64,000 bases of DNA from Eledone cirrhosa. Lineage: Eukaryota. The DNA is taken from contig OZ024742.1 of assembly GCA_964016885.1 (NCBI GenBank), forward strand, positions 182,032,001 through 182,096,000. Direction: 5' to 3'. Under the pieces are notes generated by a model. That model was not told the origin of the DNA, ran no database searches, and worked only from the letters and a program-made list of their open reading frames with translations. Within the stretch, counting starts at the first letter, position 1. The number at the start of each line of letters is the position of its first letter. Positions 56,212 to 64,000 of the stretch are shown in pieces. Made by a program: the position numbers and the translations under genes.

Positions 56212-56673
56212 TTCCTCCTCAGTTATCTACTGGGGGTCTCAGATATTACAACGCTTTAAAGACAATATATCTACCTACAGAGTGTTCAATAACTAAGTAA
56301 GTTATTGGGAAAACGGAGGAGGAAAGGAAGGGCAATGGAAAGGAAAAGGGAAAAAAGGGAAGAAAGAGAAAAACAGCGAAAAAAACAACAAACCGGAGAA
56401 TGTGCGAGTAACTTCAAGAAAGAAAATCCAAGTCCACAACGGAGCTGAACGTAAGTTCTAAAGCGTGTGGACGAATGAATCCCAGCGAGTGTAAGTGAGA
56501 AAAGGACGCTGTTGTTCTCTTTTCTTCCCTTTTTCCTTTTTCCTTTCTATTTTCCTTCCCTCCCTCCTTCGTTTTCCCAATAACTTACTTAGTTATTGAA
56601 CGCTCTGGGGGTAGATATATTGACTTTAAAGCGTTGAAATATCCGAGACCCCCAGTAGACAACTGATGAAGAA
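56212..56673. mobile_element. Foldback element, arms of about 170 bp
   Basis: CAGTTATCTACTGGGGGTCTC...TTCAATAACTAAGTAAGTTATTGGGAAAACG versus its reverse complement at about 56510-56673. Confidence 0.75.
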
Positions 56674-56734
56674 TCCCTCCCACCCTGTTCTTGCTTTCTT
56701 CTCAATTTTAAGCCTACATATATAACATATGTAT

Positions 56735-57375
56735 TCACACCCACCTCCATATATGGTATGGTTCCGTAACACCCGAGGGAGTCGTGGCAGCAGCATATTG
56801 TCATACTCGTACAGCATTTTAAGCCTGGTGGACCCCCATCCCTCTCCTGGCCAGAGTACAGCAGATTTCTTCCAGAGGAGGATAGAAAGTGCGAGAAAGG
56901 AAGCTAGAAAAATAATCTTTCCCAGTACTTGACTGGAACATTTTTTATCGACGACGACAAAGTTGACCTTGGCGAGATTTGAACTGAGAGAGCACAGAGC
57001 TGCAACGAATACCACAAATCATTCTTACCGACGTTCTAACGATTCTGCCTATTTGCCACCTTACACGACCCCCATATATATATGGTATGGTATGGTCCAA
57101 TAACTCCTGATAGAGCCGTACCGGGCGCCGTATTGACAGACGGCGTTACTTTGGCATTTTAAGCCTGGCTGATCCCATCCCTTTTCAAGCTTGAGTACAG
57201 CAGATTTCTTCCAGAGAAGGATAGAAAGTGAAGAAAGGAAGCTAGATAGAGATATAGATGAAGAATCTACCCCAGTACTTGACTGGTACGTTTTTTATCG
57301 ACCTCGAAATGATGAAAGGCAAAGTTGAGCAAAGAGCCGGAACGACTACCACAAGTCGTTCTTACCGACGTTCTA
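56735..57375. repeat. Diverged tandem duplication of about 320 bp, each unit ending in a SINE fragment
   Basis: GCATTTTAAGCCTGG...GAGTACAGCAGATTTCTTCCAGAG...GGAAGCTAGA occurs at about 56814 and 57154. Confidence 0.8.
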
Positions 57376-58190
57376 ACTGCAGACACTAATGTTTCTGGGT
57401 ATCAGTGGAGGAAAGGTGATGAAAGGTGATACCCAGAAACATTAGTGTCTACAGTTCTGATTACATGCCAACACAAGAGAAAGAATGAAGGGTTCATTCT
57501 ACTGACATTGGTATAAAAATGAGGCTTGTTTGTATAATTGCAAAAGAATCGAATGTTTGGCAGTATCGGTAGAGGGTCGGACGCTATGCTTTGGCGTATA
57601 GAGTTACAACCCTTGCCATTCTGAGTTCAAATCCTGCCGAGGTTAACTTTGCCTTTCATCCTTACGGGGTCGATAAAATAAAGTACCAGTAATGTACTGG
57701 GATAATTGCTGGCCTTGTGCCAAAAGTAGAAACAATTATTAATATTTGAAAAACTCAGATTACATTTATTGTATTCAGCCATATAGAGCAAACATTTCCT
57801 TTTTTTTTTAATGTGGCAAAGCCGGCCATTGATCGCTCGTATACAGGAAACTGACTGGCCAGTCTGCTGATATGCAAATCTGGCTGATCAGTGGATCTCC
57901 TAATATGCAAAACTGACTGATCAGCAAGTCTGCTAATATGCAAATCAAGCCGATCAGTCACTGTATATTTTAGAAAATAGCATATATTTTCACTAGCTCT
58001 GGCAGTTGGCAGGTGAACAGTGAGCTGAACTGATGAAGGGTGACACCCAGAAACATTAGTGTCTGCAGTTCTGTTTACATGCCAACACAAGAGCATGAAT
58101 GAAGGGTTTATTCTACTGACATGGCTTTAAAAATGAGGCTTGTTTGTATAATTGCAAAAGCAACGAATGTTATTATTAATATTCGAATAA
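57376..58190 (+). mobile_element. Family M partial tandem with 5' inversion and a SINE (57557-57738); HHR at 58022-58071
   Basis: gagctgaa CTGATGA a gggt gac accc a GAAA ca ttag tg TC tgcagttc. About 57417-57557 repeats 58031-58170, and 57376-57404 is an inverted copy. Confidence 0.78.
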
Positions 58191-58203
58191 CTTAGACTAC
58201 ATT

Positions 58204-58273
<70 letters not shown>

Positions 58274-58669
58274 GTGGAATAGGAAGAAATGGAGGTAGGG
58301 AGAGGTAGAAAAAGCAAGGGGGTGGGAGAAGAAAATTAATTGAAGGGAGAAGAGTTAAAGCGAGAGAAAGTGAATAATGAAACAGTATAAGGAGAGAGAG
58401 AAAAGGTTAACGTAAGCAGTTAGGGAGAGTGATATATCTAATGAGAAAGAGTGGTTAAATTGTTGTTGTTGTGTAGCCCCAGGTCAATTCTGATCGAGCA
58501 ATGGTTATGTCAGCTAGGTGGTCTTAACATAATAGGAATATCAAAATATAAGAAGACTGAATATATTGTTTTATTCTTTGAGTCTTTGACTGCATTCCCT
58601 CAACAATAACAAAAAGCGTACTAATGCCATTTTCTCTGTTAAAGCAGAGGTTAACCTTGCGGGCTCCTG

Positions 58670-58880
58670 ACAAACTTTTCCATTTTTCCCCATCCTTTGC
58701 ATCTCCCATCACTAACTTTCATTTCTCCTCCATCGTCTTCAGCTATTTCTTTCTTGGTCATCCTCTTCTCCTACTTACCTCCTCTTTCATTTCCATCCTT
58801 CTCCTCATCCAACCACTTTTACTCTTCCTCAACACATTTCTCTTCACAGCATTCATCACTGACTCTATTCCTATCATCCC
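58670..58880 (-). mobile_element. Decayed RTE-like LINE tail
   Basis: Reverse complement gives ...RRRG*PRKK*...GDAKDGEKWKSL. Confidence 0.5.
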
Positions 58881-58999
58881 GGACAGTTCATTGTACCAGA
58901 AAGAAAAAAATTAAATACTGAAGTCGATATGGTGAGCCAAATTCCTTCCAGGCGGTATCCGAGCATGGGCCCAGTCTAATGAATGAAATCAATGAAATA

Positions 59000-59196
59000 T
59001 GAGGGTTGAATAAAAGTTCATAGGCTGACCAAGATACTCTCATGGAATGACCAAATGAGGTTTATTTTTCAACATAGTCCCTGGAAAGAAACAATGCAGT
59101 TATTAATAAGAAGAGTTGAAATTAACACATGCAATATTTCACAGCTGTAGCATCTCTCCTTCATAGTTAGCCGATATACTTTTCAGCCCACCCTAG
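59000..59196. mobile_element. Mariner-like MITE
   Basis: TATGAGGGTTGAATAAAAGT / ACTTTTCAGCCCACCCTAGTA ends. Confidence 0.55.
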
Positions 59197-62004
59197 TAGG
59201 TGTATTTAGGCTGGCTTGATCTTGGGGCAAAACAAGAGCAAACATAGCAACAACAACAGAACAAATTAAATGCTTTCTAACAGTTTTAAAAATTCCGCTT
59301 GGGCTGTGTCATATTAGTATGCTGCATGATGCTACACACAGAAATATAAACCGTGCTATATAAGCGGAAGTCCCTATAACATTGTTTACAGAGGAAATGA
59401 CACCTGAGCAGTACACTGTAATCAATATCACCATCGACTCCTAACTCACCTAAGTACAATGGATACATTTTATCAGTATTTTATCGATGTTATAGCAACA
59501 TTCAGACCTGCACGATTCTTCTCACGAATTATCTTAGAAATATCGTTTTCATTCGGGCTATCGTACACCTAAAGACACCTTCCTGGACTAATAAAAGTGT
59601 ATGTATGGACATGTTTGTGTTCTCATGTGTTCTCATGTACAGAGCCATGTTCTCACTTTAGCAATGTTTATTCAATGAATACATCAATATATTAAGTCGA
59701 TATATTATATCCTTGTATTTCTGCATTTTTTTTACATCCGGGAGATTATATTATTTGTAAGCGCGCACACACACGTACATACATACCTATACACACACAC
59801 ACACACATACATACATACATATACATATATACATACATACACACACATATATATATATACATACGCACACGCACAGGCACACATACCTATATACATACAC
59901 ACATATACATATATACATATATACATACATACGCACACACACATACATATATACATACATACATACACATACATATATACATTCACACATATATACATAC
60001 ACACACACATACATATGTGTGCGCGTGTCTGTGCAATTCAAAATACAACAAAATATGTTGATCTTTAATATTTTGTGGGTGTTTCTAATTGAATCATGGA
60101 ATTTCTACAGGGTCAACTAGTACGTATAATTATACACGCCCACACATCCTGTAAACCCTTTTTGTAACACGTTTTATATTTATGAATTCTTCCTGTCAGT
60201 GAATGAATTAATATTGAAGGTTTGTAAGTGGTAGAGGTTAGACCCTTCATAACGTACTTTTAGTGCCAGATAAGCTGAACATAGTAAACTATTAAAATAT
60301 CGGCCTTTGCTTTCCAGTCGGTTTGTCATTGAACCTATGGTAGAAAATACTGGTACTTTTGGTTCTGGAACGATCTCCCTACTCGCTGCTATTGGGATAG
60401 AGTTGGTCGTCCGCGAGAGAAAGTACCCCGGTTATTTCAGTGGTTATTTCAACGCGTCTCCCTCACTTTCGCTATTCTACCAAGTACGAGGCGGCAACCA
60501 TCTGGGACTCTGCACGTCGGAGAGCCTCATCCCACAATGTCCAGGCATATATCATTGTGGTAGCGATGATAGTGATAGTGATGCTCTGTGTATTTACAAT
60601 ACATTCATATATACATAGAGACTTCCTTCAGATACTAACTACACTCATTTACCCTTTCTCAGTTTAAATCTGTCAGATGTTGAGTTTTATCCCGGGATCG
60701 ATAAAATAAGTGCCAGTAAATTAGTGAGGGCTGGTTAAATATAAGGTAGACACGAGGACAGACATTTTGAAGGTTAGGTGTATTGTCGATTCAATCCATA
60801 CAACTGTTGTTCTTCTCTAGTACTTAATTTATCGACAACTTAGTACTGAAAGCAAAGCTGAGCAGCGTTCTGACACCATAGCTCATAAGTTAAAGAGATG
60901 TTATTTAATTTACATCAACGCTCTACCAATTTTGTCACTCAACACCCTAAAAAATATAAATGAAAATAAAAATAACTTGACATCAATAATGAATAAAAGA
61001 TGAATAAGGAAAAAAAGATAGACAGTAAGATATAATAAACAACATTAACAACACTAGCAGCAACAGCAACAACAACTATTGCGACAGCAACAACAGTAAC
61101 AACAACAACTATTGCAAGAGCAACAACAGAAATATCAAAATTAATAAAAGCAAGTAAAACATTTCCTGTGAAAAGTGTTGGGTGGGGGAGGGTGTTGTAT
61201 TATTTTTCTTTTTTTATGGTGGCTAGAGAGGTGGGATGCCAGAGATGTTTGAGAGATACGTGGAAAATTATAGGCCGTAATGAGCGGTTTTTAGCTTGCT
61301 TGGCCCCCCGAGGGTCTGTGGAGATGTGGGAGACCAAATGAACAAGGTATGGTAGTTGGTGGCGTGGGGGTAGGGCACAGAAACTGACAAATAGCGAGAT
61401 AATCTGAGAAAGGAGAGCAATGCTGCGGTGAATATCGAACGGGGGTGGGTGGGAGGTAAATGGGAACAAGAGGAAGAGTGAGAGAAAGTGTGTGTGAGAG
61501 AAGGGGCGGGAGCAAATGGAGAGATGGAGGGATGGAGGGAGAAAGGTGGAGGGGCGGTGAGAGAGAGAGAGGAGATGAAAAACGGGATGCAAGAGTGAGG
61601 GAGTTAGCTGTAGGGAAGTTGATAAATGGATGGGGAAGAGAGAAAGAGGACGAGAAAGTGAAAATGAGAGAAAGCAAGAAAGGAAGAGAGAGGGGGGAGG
61701 GGAGAGGGAAGAGAAGTGAAGGGGAAAAAAACGATAAATGATTCTTGTGTAAGGAGATGAAATGATGATGATAATGAAGATGAGTCTGGCTAGAAGATAA
61801 CGATGTTGTTACAGTGCTGGTGGCGGTGGTGGGGTTGGTTATGATGACGGTGCTGTTGGTTTTGTTGTTATTGGGAATGTTGGTAGTGTTTGTAATGGTG
61901 GTGGTGGTGGTGGTGGTGGTGGTGGAGGCGTTACTAGCGACTGTAGTGGGGGAAGCAGTATTGGTGGTGTTTGTTCAATAAGTAACATCACTAGCAGCAT
62001 TAAT

Positions 62005-62007
<3 letters not shown>

Positions 62008-62074
<67 letters not shown>

Positions 62075-62099
62075 CAGTAGCAGTGGCAGCAGTAGCAGC

Positions 62100-62158
<59 letters not shown>

Positions 62159-62175
62159 CAGCAGCAGTAGCAGCA

Positions 62176-62211
<36 letters not shown>

Positions 62212-62247
62212 ATAGTAGTAGCAGTAGCAGCAACAGCAGCAGCAGCA

Positions 62248-62282
<35 letters not shown>
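62008..62282. repeat. (AGT/AGC)n trinucleotide array
   Basis: Directly visible. Confidence 0.97.
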
Positions 62283-62283
<1 letters not shown>

Positions 62284-62567
62284 TTGGTGGTTGTGGTAGA
62301 TAAAATTAAGGATGAGGAACCGGGGGTAGGGGAAGAAATATATGTGGGTGGGTAGATAGAAATAAGGGAGGTGGATTGGTGGTGGGTTGAGGAGGGGGAA
62401 ATGAAAGTGAAGTGTAATTGGTGAAATAATAGAGAGAACGTGTTAGATAATAAGGGATGATAAAAGCCAAGTGTGAAACTGGAAGAGGAGGAAGAGAAAT
62501 TAAGAAAGACCCCAAAAAAGATGGCGAAAATAAAAATAAAAATAGTAGTAAATAATAATAATAATAA

Positions 62568-62640
<73 letters not shown>

Positions 62641-62643
<3 letters not shown>

Positions 62644-63005
62644 TGTTTCTACTTTTGGCACAAGGCCAGCAATTATCTCAGTACATTACTGGTACTTCAT
62701 TTTATCGACCCCGTAAGGATGAAAGGCAAAGTTAACCTCGGCGGGATTTGAACTCTGATCATAAAGGGCCGTAACTCTATGCTGCAAAGCATGGCGTCAG
62801 ACCCTCTACCGAATAATTGTTTCTACTTTTGGTACAAGGCCAGCAATTATACCAGTACATTACTGGTACTTTATTTTATCGACCCCGTAAGGATGAAAGG
62901 CAAAGTTAACCTCGGCGGGATTTGAACTCAGATCATAAAGGGAGGTAACTCTATGCTGCAAAGCATGGTGTCCGACTCTCTACCGATACTGCCAATCCCC
63001 CCCCT
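62641..63005 (-). mobile_element. Two tandem SINEs
   Basis: Copies at about 62641-62812 and 62814-63005, with an (AAT)n tail upstream. Confidence 0.88.
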
Positions 63006-63285
63006 CAACAACAACAACAATAATAACAACAACAGTAATAGCAATAACAAAAACAATACTATCACCACCACCACCACCACCACCACCACCACCACCACCA
63101 CCATCACCACTGACAACAACAACAATAATAGCAACAACAGTAATAGCAATAACAAAAACAACACTGCCACCACCACCATTACTACTAACGCCACCACCAC
63201 CACCACCAACAACAACAACAATAATAACAACAGCAATAGCAATAAGAAAAACAACACTACCCCCACCTCTCTTACCACTAACACC

Positions 63286-63316
<31 letters not shown>

Positions 63317-63395
63317 TCAACAGCAATAGCAATAAGAAAAAAACAACACTACCCCCACCTCTCTTACCACTAACACCACCACGACCACCACCACC

Positions 63396-63427
<32 letters not shown>

Positions 63428-63925
63428 CAACAACAACAGCAATAGCAATAACAAAAACAACACTGAAAATATCAAGAATCTAAAGTGAGAAATGTGATGT
63501 GTGAAAAACAACGGAATATCACGTCGCATCATAACCGGTTGGTGGTATGGGTGTTGGGGGAGGTGGTTTGGTGGTAGTGGTGGGATGGGGGGGTTAGTGG
63601 TGGTGGTGGTGGTGGCGGTAGTGGTGGTGGTAGAAGTGGTGGTAGAGGTGGCGGTGGTGCTATTGTTGTGGTGGTGGTGGTAGTGGTGGTGTTAGTAGTA
63701 GTGATGGCGGTGGTGGTGGAGGTGGTGGTGGTGGTATTGTTGGTAGGTGGTGGTAGTGGTGGTGTTGGTAGTAGTGATTGTGGTGGTGGGTGTGGTATTG
63801 CTGGTGTTGGTAGTGGTGGTGGGTGATAGTGGTCGTGGTGGCGGTAGTGGTGGTGTTGGTGGTAGTGATGGCGGTGTTGGTGGTGTTGGTGGTGTATTGT
63901 TGGTGTTGGTGGTGGTGGTGGGGGG
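63006..63925. repeat. (ACC/AAC)n followed by (GGT/GTT)n low-complexity arrays
   Basis: Directly visible. Confidence 0.9.
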
Positions 63926-64000
63926 GGGGGGGGTACGTGTGCGTGTGTGGAGTAGAAGACAGAGTGTATGTTTGTGTGTATCTGTGTGTGGTGTGTTTGT

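Noticed and set aside
63006-63925. (ACC)n facing (GGT)n as a foldback or telomere-like fusion
   Set aside because: Degenerate trinucleotide repeats, not TTAGGG; complementarity is explained by low complexity.

Overview
Repeat-saturated, AT-rich animal DNA with no confidently identifiable host gene. The SINE families and dense (TA)n/(CA)n microsatellites suggest a cephalopod (octopus-like) intron or intergenic region; this is inference. Contents: a frameshifted Helitron (1-4106); a 5'-truncated Penelope-like retroelement (PLE) with RT + GIY-YIG and an inverted pseudo-LTR (10903-14236); two further PLE endonuclease fragments; RTE-, CRE- and Tx1-like LINE remnants; about 30 SINE copies; several MITE/foldback elements. 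Main hidden signal: many short 'unique' islands between (TA)n tracts are PLE-type termini from about 13 sequence families. By eye, these carry about 25 type I hammerhead ribozyme (HHR) motifs, often inside snap-back palindromes. They include core variants (U3-A8, U4C, U4A) and greatly enlarged stem II loops. In the RT-coding family, the stem II loop contains a TATA + Inr-like pair exactly where the short copies begin. All folds were done by eye; no searches or computations were run.
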